From: Eledone cirrhosa
Lineage: Eukaryota
Reading direction: 5' to 3'
DNA length: 64,000 bases
Assembly: GCA_964016885.1 (NCBI GenBank)
Contig: OZ024741.1
Location: 364,188,001 to 364,252,000, forward strand
A program made the translations under genes and the position numbers. Of the stretch, positions 12,844 through 26,110 are shown piece by piece. Below the pieces are notes generated by a model. It was not told the origin of the DNA and ran no database searches. It saw only the letters and a list, made by a program, of their open reading frames with translations. The stretch's first letter is position 1, and each line of letters opens with the position of its first letter.

Positions 12844-13291
12844 TTAAACAATGATGATGATGCTGGTGACGATTATTATTCACGCTTTTGATTATATATG
12901 TTAATGTGATATCTGTATGTCACTGGGTTGGACATTTTATGCAGTGAGGAAATATATATGTCACATATGATGTATACTAGGGATCTATTCTTACTCCATT
13001 GTTATTCTTTACTATATACTATTAATAATCTATACAAGGCTAATAAATATTGCAAATTCCATCTCTAAGCTGTTTACTACTGACAAGTATTTGAAATCGA
13101 TTTGAAAAGAGTGCCAATATCACTGAGTCTTAATGGAAATGGAATATCATTAAATGCATTAAAAACTGAATATTTAATATTTCATTACATATCATATATA
13201 GATTCATGTTAGTCTCCACTTGACATTAAATATTGATGAACATCTCTCCCTCCCTCCACCCCCTCTCTCTTTCTATATATATATATATATT

Positions 13292-16200
13292 CTTCTTCAC
13301 ATCCATTACCAGTGCCAGGACGAAGTTCCTCCTCCAGCTCATCCTGTTTAGCATTGCTATCTGAATTTCCTCTGATTCCAGCCTGGTGTCATCTTCAAGA
13401 ACATCCTTCAATGTGATGGTTGGTATCCAAATTCATCTGCCCTCATCAGGTTCATTGTGACATTTCACATGTCCAGCTATGCCTTATGATGTCAGAAAGA
13501 TAAGGGTATTAACCATAGAGCAATTGATTTTCTACATGTGTTCTCCTGGATATGTTCTAGACCTTTCTCAGCATCAGGTGAATGTATCATTAATCCTCTT
13601 TGTGAGTGTTTTTGTTTGAGTCCATGATTCACATCTGTAGCGGAGAATGGATCTAACCCTAACCATTGCTTTGAATAACCTCACTTTCATTGTTTTCTTG
13701 ATCAGAGATATCCATACCATTGATAGGGAGTTAAGAGCTCCCATGCATTGCTTATCCTGGTGTCCACATTGTGCTCTGTGTTCATAAAATTACCAAGGTA
13801 CAAGAAGTCATCCACTTCCTCAATCTCTGAACTGTCTAGCACATACATTTGTTTATTTGATGTTCCATTGAGATGCATGTATTTTGTTTTGGCAGCATTC
13901 AAGAAGAGCCCAATGGACTAGGCTGCAGCTTTCATTTTGTATAACATGTCCTCAGCTTTTTTGTTGGGGTGTTTTCCAAAAGAGCTATGTCATTTGTGTA
14001 ACCTAATAAAGGTATAACTTCCTCTGAATGTTGGGTACTTTGTCAACTTTTCAGTGTTATCCTGTCTGATAGTGCAATGGCTTTATGAAGTGCATAATCA
14101 AGGGATATCATAAAAAAGAAAGAGGCCAGATGATCTCCCTGGAAGACTCTGGTATTAATGGAGATAGGTTTGAATTTCCTTTCGGTGTCATCACAAGTGC
14201 TGAAGTATTCTCATACATGACTTTAATTGCATTCACAATCTGATGAGATATCTTATACGCATGAAGGATTTTGAGTACCCTCTGTCAGTTGATCAAATGA
14301 AAAGCCTTCTCAAAATCTATGAATACAATTGCTGCCTCCTTCTTGTGATTCTGTACCCACTCAACAATCCTCTTTAGAGCCAAGATATGTAAGGTAGTAG
14401 AGCTAAATGGCCAAAATCCATTTTGGCTGGAAGGTTGTTGAGTGTTGTCAGTACTTGGTCTGATTCTATTCAGGATCATAATATTGTAAATCTTTGATGT
14501 AATTTGCATTAGACTGATGTCTCTATAGTTGGTGCTGAGAGTAAGGTCACCTTTCTTTGGTATTATTCCTCATATTCCCCATTCCTTAGGCCGGTGTCCT
14601 TCAAAAGTTTCAATGCAGAAATCTCTTAAAAGCATGCAAGCTTTGGGTAGTTTCCATAGGTCTACAGTTAGACCATCAGACTGGGGAGCTTTTCCTGGTT
14701 TCATTGCCTTTAATGCATTGTCCACTTCTATGGAGAATTCCACAGTGTTTATCTCTGGATGGACTTCAAATATTGGGTCATGAATGATTGTCAGTTGACA
14801 GGAGTTTGTGGAAGTGTTCCCTTCAAGTCACAAGGTGGTCTTCCCTTTGGATATATATCACATTCTTCCTCATCTTCTTACCAGAAAGTTCTTTCATCAG
14901 TCTCCAAGCTTCTTGGGTGTGTTGATACTATTCTCAAAATCAACCATGGTTTGGTTGATTCTTTCATTCTCCAAATGGTCGAAAGTATAGCACTGAATTT
15001 TCTGGTGATATTGTACACCTGAAATTGTATATTTGAAGGTGTCACTTCTGACTGTAGCCATTGTTGCACTTTCCACCTTGGTAGGATTTCCTCACCCACT
15101 TCATTACAGATAAACACAAATGAAGTATAATTTTTCTTTTCAACTGGCAAGGATTCAAATTCATCAGCAATTAAGTCACCAATTGTTCTTGCAAGGTTGA
15201 TATCTTCCCTTGGCATCCTCCAGTAAAGCTGTTTCTTACTGGATCTTCTGTTTCAGTGAAGACTGAGTTTAACTATGGCTGGGATGTTCTGATCATCCCT
15301 ATGGCTGTAGAGGAAGTATGTGCCAGACAATCATGACTACTGTTTCTCCATCGTTTCCTGTAAATAATAAAATCAATTTGGAAAAGATTCCCAGCTGTGT
15401 ATCTCCAAATCCACAGTTTCTATTTCTGTTTCTAGAAAGTGGTATTCCTGGCTAGGAGATTATGTTGATGTAAAAATTCTTCCAGAAATGTGCTGTTTTT
15501 GTCAGTACTCTGGTGGTATATAACTTTGCCTCTAATTTATGTGTTTAAATCTCCTCCAATAATTAGCATGGCATGAGGTGATACTTCAGAGACAGTGGCA
15601 CTCAGTTGATGGTAAAACTGTTCTACTTCCTCTTTCAGTAGGTGATTGCGGGGTGAATAGCAACTTATAACAACAGGTTGGGGACTTCCCTTGAATACTG
15701 CTGTGACAATCCGATCATTGACTTTGGTTACCTTAGTAAGTAGAGGGAGGAGATGTGTTTGTACTGTCAAACCAAAACCTCCAGCTGCAGCACCGATGTC
15801 ATTTTTTTAATGCTGATTATTTTTGGATTGCATTCTTTGTGGATAAATCAGTATTCTTGAACAAATACAATCGCAATAATATGGGATGTGAGTAGCAGTT
15901 TAGAGAGCTGAAAGAGTATGATCTCTTTGGTCCAGATAGTCCCCTCTTGGTTTTTACATCAGAGAAAGCTCATCCAGATAGGTTTAGAATCATCATCTTT
16001 ATAGGAAGAAGTTGAACCTTCTTCGAAACTATGCAGGAACAGGAAATCAAGGGCTCTAACCATGGAGTTGTTGTTTATATCAGTCATGTTTTCTATTTGC
16101 AGAAATATTGTGATGATTTGCCAGGACTTTCACTGGTGCAGTGCTCCACTGGTGAAGGCAGAGTTCTCCTACCGTTGAACTGATGATTTGTTCCTCCGCC

Positions 16201-16440
16201 AGGAGAATTACCACTGAAAACTGAGACAACTCTATTAGTGTTCACTTTTCAGCACAATCACCATTCCTGTTTCCTAAATGGATTTTTGCATAACCCCACA
16301 TGGGTGGCTGCCAGGTAGTGTGCCAAAGGACAACCCGGGATTTGGTCCAGGACTACTTATTCAATATATTTGCACCTAACCTTCACATCTGAAATTCATT
16401 CCTCTATCCGCCACCTGTTGTTATGGAATTATTCTCCTCC
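13292..16440 (-). mobile_element. Decayed near-full-length APE-RT LINE, RTE-X-like
   Basis: APE fragments (VISCYSP, IIGGDLN), RT fragments (QNGF..STTLHILALKRI, FIDFEKAF, KTKYM, DFLYLG), many stops; clade assignment tentative. Confidence 0.8.
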
Positions 16441-16799
16441 ACAAACACTATATAATACATATACATGTTTAATACATAAATATATATTGGTTTAGAGGAA
16501 TTGGCTGAAGATCTGAATGTTTCATTGTTATTGTTGTGTTTGTCATGTTCCTCAGTTTTTTCACCTGTTTCTGTATTGTTCTATTTGTTCATGTGTTGGC
16601 CCATTTTCTACTCGTTTCACTACAATTGATTTATCCCATATACCAATGCAACCCAGTATTCTCTCATCCCTCTGATTTAGGGATATATATATAGTAATAA
16701 TAATAAATTTGAAGACTAAAATCCAAAGAGGGCTCGATAAGGATAAATATATATCAAATATATAAGAACCGTAGAGCAAAAATTTATTAAAAGAGAGAG

Positions 16800-16955
16800 A
16801 GAAAGAGAGAGGTAGAACACTGGAAGGTAATATATGTAGCGGTAGAGCACTCAGTCTATGGGGCGAGTTTGGTAGAAGTGGTAACACAACAGTTAGTTCA
16901 CCATACCGAGAACAATTGTTTCACCTTATACGGTTCTTCAGTTCGGACTGGTAAT
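16800..16955 (-). mobile_element. HHR-bearing non-coding element, left arm of an inverted pair with 18090-18245
   Basis: About 150-bp reverse-complement match; both arms abut (TA)n. Confidence 0.85.
16906..16946 (-). ncRNA. Minimal type I hammerhead ribozyme
   Basis: CCGAA-CTGAAGA-ACC GTATAA GGT-GAAAC AATT GTT-CTCGG; stem III region AACAATTGTT is palindromic; one mismatch at the base of stem I. Confidence 0.8.
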
Positions 16956-16986
16956 ATATATATATATATATTTGCTTACATATCAT

Positions 16987-17019
<33 letters not shown>

Positions 17020-17024
17020 GTATA

Positions 17025-17095
<71 letters not shown>

Positions 17096-17102
17096 ACATA
17101 TA

Positions 17103-17680
17103 TCATCATCATCATCATCATCATCGTTTAACGTCCATCTTCCACGCTTGCATGGGTTTGGACGGGAATTTTCCCACTTGAGGCAAGATTGGTTGTCTTG
17201 CTCGTATAGGACTGTCTGCCGGGTTTTCTATGGCTGGATGCCCTTCCTAACACCAACCACATTTACAGTGTGGAACTGGGAGGTTTTTACCGTGTTACCT
17301 ACACAGACACATTACAGCGTGGACGGTGTTTTTTTGTCGTGACACCTACACGACCTCATTTGTTTCGGACTGGATGTTGTGGTACCAACATAACTTTACA
17401 TTGAAACGGGTGGTGTGGATGGGGTGGGGGTAGTGGGACGGGGGTGTATTTTTATTAGAGGTGCCTACTGACTGTAGGTTTTGCTTTGTACTTAGGCAAG
17501 GCGGGTCTTCTGTATTACTGTGTAGCGCCAAAGATCTTAGTCCAGTGACATTGTCTTGGAGAGGTGTAAGTGTGTGAGGTCGGAATTTATCAAGTCGTCC
17601 CAGGTTTTTCTAGGTCTACCTACTCCGTGGCTACCGTCTATTTTTATCGCCCTGCACTTTTTTATACAGCTGTCGTCTTA
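17103..17680 (-). mobile_element. RTE LINE 3' end
   Basis: Matches the last codons and 3' UTR of the intact RTE; (CAT)n tail. Confidence 0.9.
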
Positions 17681-17752
17681 TCGTCATCATCATCATCATC
17701 ATCGTTTAACGTCCATGTTCCACGCTTGCATATATATATATGTATGTGTGTG

Positions 17753-18074
17753 AAGGTGCATGGCTTAGTGGTTAGAGCATTGGGCTGGCAATTGAGAGGT
17801 TGTGAGTTCGATTCTCGGACCGGGTGATACATTGTGTCCTTGAGAAAGACACTCTATTTCACGTTGCTCCAGTTTACTCAGCTGTAGAAATGAGTTGCGA
17901 TGTCACTAGTGCCAAGCTGTATCGGTCATCGCCTTTCCTTTGGACAACACCGATGGTGTGGAGAGGGGAGACTGGTATGCATGGGCAACCTTGCCCAGGC
18001 TTGTGCCTCGGAGGGAAACTTTCTAGGTGCAAAACCATGGTCATCCATGACCGAGTGGGGCCAAAGCAAAGCAA
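17753..18074 (+). mobile_element. tRNA-derived SINE (family 2)
   Basis: A box TGGCTTAGTGG, B box GTTCGATTC, GTGTCCTTGAG central block; relatives at 58455 and 63540. Confidence 0.8.
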
Positions 18075-18099
18075 ATATATATATATATATATTACCAGT

Positions 18100-18140
18100 C
18101 TGAACTGAAGATCCGTATAATGTGAAACAATTGTTCTCGG
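18100..18140 (+). ncRNA. Minimal hammerhead motif, right arm (stem II mutated)
   Basis: CTGAA-CTGAAGA-TCCGTATAATGT-GAAAC AATT GTT-CTCGG. Confidence 0.65.
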
Positions 18141-18234
18141 TATGGTGAACTAACTGTTGTGTTACCACTTCTACCGAACTTGCCCCATAGGCTGAGTGAT
18201 CTACCGCTACATATATTACCTTCCAGTGTTCTAC

Positions 18235-18312
<78 letters not shown>

Positions 18313-18344
18313 ATCCTGCATATTATTAAATATACAATACATAC

Positions 18345-19222
18345 AGAAACAAGTACTACCAAATTCTGGGAGGGTTCTGTAGAAACAATAGACAGCTTCT
18401 GTTACCTAGGTGACCAAATTAACAGTGGAGGTGGGTATTTGGAAAGTACAGTAACGAGGGTAAGAACGGGATGTAAGGATTTCAGGGGGCAATACCACTG
18501 CTAGGTGCAAAAGGCTTTTCCCTCAAAATGAAAGGCAGTCTGTATGATGCATGCATATGAACAGCAATGTTGCATGGTAGTGAGACCTGGGCATTAGGTG
18601 TAGAAGACTTGCGTAGATTAGAAAGAAATGAAGCTTGCATGCTCTGATAGATGTGTAATAGTAAAATATCCGTGAACGGCAATGCATAAACAAATTGAGA
18701 GAGAGACTAAGCATAAGAGGAATTAAATGCTGTGTGCAGGAGATATGGACATATTACGTTGGTATGGACATATGATGCATATGAAGGATGACAGCTGCAT
18801 AAAAAGGTGCAGAGCACTAAAAGTCGATGGGAGCCTTAGAGTGGGGAGATCCAAGAAGACTGGAATGAGGTGATAAAAGCTGATCTTGCCCAATTGCACC
18901 TCTCAAAGGCGATACACAGGACTTAGACCTCTGGTGTTACGCAGTAATACAGAAGACCCCTCTCCCCACTGTAAAGTGGTCGTGTAGGTGTCACAACAAA
19001 AAAGAACCCAGTTCACACTGTACAGTGGTCGTGTAGGTGCTACAGTAAAAAAGCACCCAGTACTCACTGTAAATGAGGTTGGTGTTAGGAAGGGCATCCA
19101 GCTGTAGAAATCAATCCAAAATCAGTTCTGTATGAGCAAGACATTGTCACCTGACTTGGCATTGCCCACAACAGGACAACTTGTCTAGCCCATGCTAGCA
19201 TGGAAGAATGGGCATAAAATGG

Positions 19223-19253
<31 letters not shown>
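18345..19253 (+). mobile_element. Decayed RTE LINE 3' portion
   Basis: DSFCYLGDQINSGGG, MLHGSETW, 3' UTR, (GAT)n tail. Confidence 0.9.
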
Positions 19254-19254
<1 letters not shown>

Positions 19255-19255
<1 letters not shown>

Positions 19256-20425
19256 CGCAGGTTTGAGAACGTACCAGACTGGTGACTGGGCCAAATAAGA
19301 CAATGAAAATTGCAATATGGTGGGAGGTATGATAAAGAACCATACTACATCATCCTTCATGTGGGTTACAAGAACAGTGTTCAGGCCTTAGGTAGAGGGG
19401 CCTGTTTGAAAAATATATTGCAGTCGTCATTTCATGCTGCAAAAAGTGGCGATGAGCCTGCAACCTGTCTTGAGAGGGATGAGATGGATGCACAAAGGTT
19501 GTGTATCCCGAGACCCGAAAGTGGGTTCAGAAGGGAGCAAACCATGGCATTTGGAACCTGGAACATCAAAACTCTTACAGGTAAGGAGCAGGAACTAGTG
19601 GAGGAGGCTAGATGCTACTGGCTAGATATAGTCAGGGTTTCGTCAACAAAGTTTCATGGCTCCGGTACTGCAGATTTGGATGGAGGATGGAAACTTCACT
19701 ATTCAGGTGTTTCACCAAAAATGACTGCACAGGTGGGAGTGGGGATACTCAAAAGTCCCTGGCTGTCAGAATATGTTATGGACTGGATTCCATTAGGAGG
19801 GAGGATTTGCCTTTTGAAGCTTAGTGGGTGGTGCACGCTTATGCACCAAACAAGGTATCCAAATACAGATCTTTCCTTGATGAAATTACTGCAGCATTAG
19901 ATGTAGTTAAAACTGAGTCACATATCCTAATGGGAGACTTCAATGCCTATGTTGGCACTGACCACCTGACATGGAAAGGAGTGATAGGAAGGATGAATGA
20001 AGAGGCCTTATTCGACCGTTCTAGTAATGGACTCTATTATGAACACCTTCCATCACAGAGACATCCATAAATATACATGGTATACAAGGAACAAGAGACA
20101 GAGATCAATAATTGATTTTGTCATTGTCTCTGATCTCTTTGATTCTGTTTTGGGTGTTCATCTTAAGAGAGGGGCTGAGCTGTCAACTGATCACCATCTA
20201 GTTATCTGCAACTTGAGACTACCTAAAGCCAAAGAAGTCCACAAAACTGGCAGGTCCAGGGCAACTTACAGGATAAAGTGGGAAGCGTTGGTGAATAAGA
20301 AAGTCAAGACCAGCTATGCAGATACTATTGCATCCAAATTCAGTGAACTCCCTGAGCAAACTGAGGACATTGAGACAGCGAGGAGATTGTTCAGCTCAGC
20401 AGTTTCTGCTTCTAATGTTGAATGT
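19255..20425 (+). pseudogene. 5' part (APE domain) of a different RTE family, Expander/Rex3-like
   Basis: FGTWNIKTLTGKEQELVEE, HAYAPN, LMGDFNA, IIDFVIVS, RGAELSTDHHLV. Confidence 0.8.
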
Positions 20426-20460
20426 TTTTAATTGAATATATCAACCCTAGTATTTATATA

Positions 20461-21838
20461 TTCCGATACGCAGATGATCTAACGCTCATAGCTGAATCAA
20501 TGGCTGAACTAGAAAAGAAATTCCAAATATGGAAGCATGGCCTAGAATCAAAAGGCCTTAAAGTTAACTTGACTAAGACTAAAGTCCTAGTTTGTAGAAA
20601 GGAAAATAAGGCACAGGTACCCTGAGGGAAATGGCCATGCTCAGTGTGTAGGAAAGGAGTAGGCAGAAATTCAATTTTATGTCCCAAATGCAAAGTATGG
20701 GTACATAAAAGATGTAGTGGGATCACAGGTAAACTATCTAAGAACGTAGACTTTATATGTGGCCGATGCTCAGGTGCAATAGGTAGCAAGTGTCCACAGG
20801 ATACTAGCCCCTTCTATTGCCCAGATGGTTCTATAGAAATAGTAGACACTTTCCGTTACCTGGGTGACAAAATCAGCAGTGGTGGAGGGTGTTCTGAAAG
20901 TACAGTAGCTAGAGTCAGAACGGGATGGAAAAAGTTCAGAGAACTTATACCGCTGTTGCCCACAAAAGGTTTCTCTCTAAAAATGAAAGGCAGATTGTAT
21001 GATGCTTGTATACGAACAGCAATGCTACATGGCAGTGAGACATGGGCATTACGTGCAGAGGACCTGCGTAGACTGGAAAGGAACAAAGCATGCATGCTCC
21101 GTTGGATGTGTAATAGTAATATACGTGAACGGCAAAGCATAAATGAAGTAAGTGAGAAATTAGGAATAAGAGGGATCAGATGCTGTTTACTCGAGAGAAG
21201 ACTACGCTGGTATGGCCACGTGATGCGCATGAAAGACGACAGCTGTATAAAAAAGTGCAGGGCGATCAAAATTGATGGTAGTTACGGAGTAGGTAACCCA
21301 GAAAAACCTGGGATGATCTGATAAATTCTGACCTTACATACTTACACCTCTCTAAGACAATGTCACTGGACCGAGATCTTTGGCGCTACGCAGTAATACA
21401 GAAGACCCGCTTTGCCTATGTACAAAGCGAAACCTACAGTCAGTAGGCACCTCTTAACCAAATATACACCCCAATCCACTACCCCTACCCTATCCTCCCA
21501 CTCCCACCAACACCACCCCCTCTCTATAAAGTTGGTACCACAACATCCAGTCCAAATAAATGAGATAAATGAAATCAAGATCGTGTAGGTGTCACGAGAA
21601 AAAAACACATAGTCCACACTGTAATGTGGTCGTGTAGATAACATGGTAAAAAGTTTCCAGTTCCACACTGTAAATGTGGTTGGTGTTAGGAAGGGCATCC
21701 AGCCATAGAAAACCTGCCAGGTAGTCCTATATGAGCGAGACACGGTCACCCAACCAACCTTGCCTCAAGTGGGACAACTCCCATCTAGCCCATGCTAGCG
21801 TGGAAAGTGGACGTTAAACGAGGATGATGATGATGATG
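20461..21838 (+). mobile_element. 5'-truncated RTE LINE
   Basis: YADD, PHD-like finger, FRYLG, WYGHVMRM; in-frame stop near 20623; (GAT)n tail. Confidence 0.93.
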
Positions 21839-21843
21839 GGGCA

Positions 21844-22382
21844 ATGTATTAGATATAAGACACATGTACTTTGTGTTATGTCAACTGTTTCAGTCTATTG
21901 TATGATATTCATGTATTAGATATAAGACACATGTACTTTGTGTTATGTCAACTGTTTCAGTCTATTGTATGATATTCATGTATTATATATAAGACACATG
22001 TACTTTGTGTTATGTCAACTGTTTCAGTCTATTGTATGATATTCATGTATTAGATATAAGACACATGTACTTTGTGTTATGTCAACTGTTTCAGTCTATT
22101 GTATGATATTCATGTATTAGATATAAGACACATGTACTTTGTGTTATGTCAACTGTTTCAGTCTATTACATGATATTCATGTATTAGATATAAGACACAT
22201 GTACTTTGTGTTATGTCAACTGTTTCAGTCTATTGTATGATATTCATGTATTAGATATAAGACACATGTACTTTGTGTTATGTCAACTGTTTCAGTCTAT
22301 TGTATGATATTCATGTATTATATATAAGACACATGTACTTTGTGTTATGTCAACTGTTTCAGTCTATTGTATGATATTCATG
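21844..22382. repeat. 67-bp tandem repeat, 8 copies
   Basis: Units start at 21844, 21911, 21978 ... 22313; near-identical, no spacers. Confidence 0.95.
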
Positions 22383-22584
22383 CAGACATAGGTTGTTGCT
22401 TTAAATATTTTATGTCTATTGAGTTCCCTCATGAGAAATATATTCCTCAGATTTAATCTTGAGGGTTTGTGCTCCACTAGTATGTATCTTGTCTTATATA
22501 GATATATAAATATATAAATATATGTGTGTGTGTATGAATATAAATAAATATATATATTAGAATTGGTGCTCTGAAATAGCCATA

Positions 22585-22928
22585 TATATATGAATGTATA
22601 TATAGTGTATTTTGCAATACACTTTATGCTTAATTAAAAGCATTTTGAAGACCTTATGCTATTGTTTTAGAGTAGTGACAGACTCACTTACTTTAATTTC
22701 AGCAAACAGGGGGAGATAAAGCTGACAAGGCCTTGTTTCTGCATTTATTGATGCATTTATTGATAAGCATCAATAAATGCAGAAACAAGGCCTTGTCAGC
22801 TTTATCTCCCCCTGTTTGCTGAAATTAAAGTAAGTGAGTCTGTCACTACTCTAAAACAATAGCATAAGGTCTTCAAAATGCTTTTAATTAAGCATAAAGT
22901 ATATTGCAAAATACACTATATATACATT

Positions 22929-22932
<4 letters not shown>
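22585..22932. mobile_element. Fold-back palindrome (~165-bp arms) containing the 3' half of a hammerhead
   Basis: Arms are near-perfect reverse complements; centre holds a 12-bp hairpin followed by GAAAC AAGGCCTT GTC; TA-rich flanks. Confidence 0.85.
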
Positions 22933-23002
<70 letters not shown>

Positions 23003-23777
23003 CGTGTGTGTAAATATATTTGGAGTAGATGTGGACTTTGCAAGTCACAGTGAAAGCAAACTGCCTAGAAGAACATTAACTCCAAATTAATATTTGCAGA
23101 AAGGACAATCTGATTAGGAAATCAGTAACTTTGAATAAAATCTAACACAGTGTTAAGATGGACACTTCAGTTTTTACAGACAACCCTTTTCAAGTTGGTT
23201 GTACAATAAACAGACCCAGATCCTACTCTAAACTGGTTGATGCCAGTAAAACCATACTAAACTCATGTCAGTTATATATAAAATAAAACAAAACCCCTTA
23301 CTGCATATACAGGACTAACACTTATGTTAGTGTTGTGCAATGTAATAGGGTTGTTACCTGGAAACATTTAACCTAAGAAAACAAGAGTTTAACTAGCCTT
23401 TTTCTTGCTCAGTGCAATTTTTGGCTTTGAATCTTATCTGGAATTGGCTCATATGTCAAGGCTTTTATTTCAATACAAAATCACAGAATTAATATGATAA
23501 AAAAAAATTAAATTAAGAATGCTACTTTTGATTAGCTAAAGAGCCTCATGTTTTAAACTCCATCACCATTATCAAGCAATCACACAGTATGCATTTATGT
23601 AAGGTCCCATAACTCCTGATAGAGTCATAGGGGTGCCATATTTACATACAGTGTTTCTTGGGCATTTTAAGCCTGACGGAGCCCATACCTCTCCAAGTCT
23701 GACTGAGTAAAGCATATTTCTTACAGAGAAAGATAGAAAGTGAGAGAGAGGAAGTGAGAAAGAGATATAGAGGAAGA

Positions 23778-23918
23778 ATCGACCCCAGTACTAGACTGGT
23801 ACTTTTTTTTATCAACCTCAAAAGGATGAATGGCAAAGTTGACCTTGGCGGGATTTAAGAGCCAGAATGAATAAAGCATTTTCTCTGACGTTCTAGCAAC
23901 TCTGCCAATTTGCTGCCT
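23778..23918 (-). mobile_element. Meta-like tRNA SINE, diverged
   Basis: Reverse complement contains CCCGCCAAGGTCAACTTTGCCATTCATCCTTT. Confidence 0.7.
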
Positions 23919-23939
23919 TAATCACACAGTATATATCAG

Positions 23940-25480
23940 CTAAAAATATTCAGGGCTCTCGCTATCAACATTGACACAATGAAAGGTAGTTAGGTGAGAT
24001 TATATAAATGCTTGAGGAGAAGTGAATGTGTTTAGAGTACAAAAAGTGAAAAGAAGGGAGCCCCAGCCAGATTTCTCTCAGGCAAAGAGCACAGGTATAA
24101 ATTCTTCTGGGTAGAAACAATGAAGAAATAGGTGGAGTGGGTATGTTGTTGGTAGAGATATGGTTAAATAAAGTAATTCAAGTGGTCAGCATAACAAAAT
24201 AATTAACCTTAGACTAGTCAGAGAACATTTTACAGTAATTCTTATCACTTCTTATGCAACACATGAAAAGGTCAGTTGAGATGAAATGAAATGAGTTGAT
24301 GAACAAACTGACCATTTGTATGAGGTCCTCTTGCAAACCTTCTTAACTACAAATGATGGACTTCCTTATCTTGGATAGTGATTTTAATAGACACAGGCAA
24401 CACCATGATGGCTACTCTAGTACATAAAAAGGAAGCAGAATCAAGACTACTGGAGTTCAGTGATGCAAATGATTTAACTGCCTGCAACACTAATGCCAGA
24501 AAACTGGTGATCCATTTGATCATCTATCAATCAGGTAAACATACTTATCAAATTGACTTTATACTTACTAAGAAAAAGGGTAGACAGATGGCTGTGAATA
24601 TGAATTATTTTCCTGGAAAGGAATTACCACTCAACATATCTTAGCAATAAGTGGATTCAGAGTAAAAGCTAGTTGGACATGGAGACATCAGACAATGTAG
24701 AGAAGGAAGGTGAGGAATTTGAAAGAACCTTCTGTTAAACATAAGCTCAGGGTGGTTTTTGGTGATGCATATGATGAGAAGAAAGAAGAGCTTGAGACCT
24801 ATAACAAAGGACAACCAAGAATTTCAAGACAACTACAGATGAGGTTTTTATGTGGGAGCATGGTGACTTAATGGCAGAATAATAGTGTTGATACCGATGA
24901 AAATTAAAAGATAAGCTTGGAAAGATTAAAAATAGGGGGCAATAAGGTACAATATCAAGTAGCTAGAAGGGAAGTTAGGCATCAGGATTACACAGCTTGG
25001 GGAGAGGCTGAAAGCAGGAGGTTTACCATTGTTCTTTGTTGAGTGGATCAGAGGCATGATGTTTGCTGGATTGCAAAGCAGTGTGTCAAGGACAATAAAT
25101 ATATTGTTGGGGAAAAGTGTGTTTGAAAAGAAGGAAGAAAGAAGCATGGAAAAGTTATGATAAGAGGTTGCTGAATGTAGGTGTGTGGGTGGAAGAGGGA
25201 CAACTCTGAGTACAACAGAGGGACTAACTATTGCAGTTAGTAGTTATATGATTGAAATGACCATTAAGAATATGAAGACAATGAAAATGGTTTGCCTATC
25301 AGTGAGAGTCACTGAGATGTTGAGCTATCTGGAGAATAGGGCTCTGGCTAGTCACTTGCATAGGCAACTAGGTAGTTCACGAGAGTGTCATACACAATGA
25401 CTGGTGTAACAGTATCATCATCAATTGCTACAAGGGCAAAGGTAAGGCTCTGAAAAAAAGCAACAATAGAGGCACCAAAC
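23940..25480 (+). pseudogene. Old RTE LINE remnant (APE to start of RT)
   Basis: SRLLEFSDANDLTACNT, YQSGKHTYQIDFILT, IIINCYKGKG; heavily frameshifted. Confidence 0.8.
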
Positions 25481-25777
25481 AGATATATATACTTATACTT
25501 CCCACATGGCATTCAATCAGACACTCTAGTGATTCTATTAGTTCCCTGACTATGTATATGTACATACACATTTACACACACATACATATATATGCTGTAG
25601 TAAACGTTTGGTAGAAATATCCAAGGGTAAGAGCACTCAGTCCATAGGATAAGTTTGGTATAAATAGTTACAACAGTGACATAAACAAGTACTTAAGATC
25701 CGTTGGGTTCTGGACCCCAACTCATTCAGCCTGTCATCAGAAAAATGATATATAGATGATGATGATATATATATATA

Positions 25778-26110
25778 TTTCGTTTCTGAATTTGTTTAGC
25801 AAGATTCTTTATCTGAAAACGTGTGTTGAAACCGATATTGTTATGCTTTGGGAGGGTCATGTTGCCAATAAGAAACACACGCACCAGTTGCTTTCACTCC
25901 AATTTATTATAAATTAAATTTATAAATTTCCGGTTGGTTGGTTGGTTCCACAACCAGACGATTGTTCATATATAGTCAAAGGTCTTTCGTCACACATTCT
26001 GTGACCTCTTCAGTGACTGGGGATTCTTTTCCTTGTTTTTGTGCCTCTCCTTTGTTCTGCCCTACTCCATCTTGTTTTTGTGTGTGTTGTGTGCTTAGTT
26101 TGCGCATGTG
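25778..26110 (-). repeat. Inverted pseudo-LTR of the adjacent Penelope-like element
   Basis: 25835-25928 and 26077-26110 are reverse complements of 28233-28325 and 28203-28233. Confidence 0.88.
25974..26018 (-). ncRNA. Minimal type I hammerhead ribozyme in the pseudo-LTR
   Basis: AGTCA-CTGAAGA-G-GTCACA GAATG TGTGAC-GAAA-GACC-TT-TGACT. Confidence 0.8.

Noticed and set aside
17753-17825. tRNA gene (also other A/B-box heads such as 40474, 58455, 63540)
   Set aside because: No complete cloverleaf; each continues into a SINE body
21844-22382. CRISPR-like array
   Set aside because: Head-to-tail identical units with no unique spacers, no cas genes, eukaryotic context
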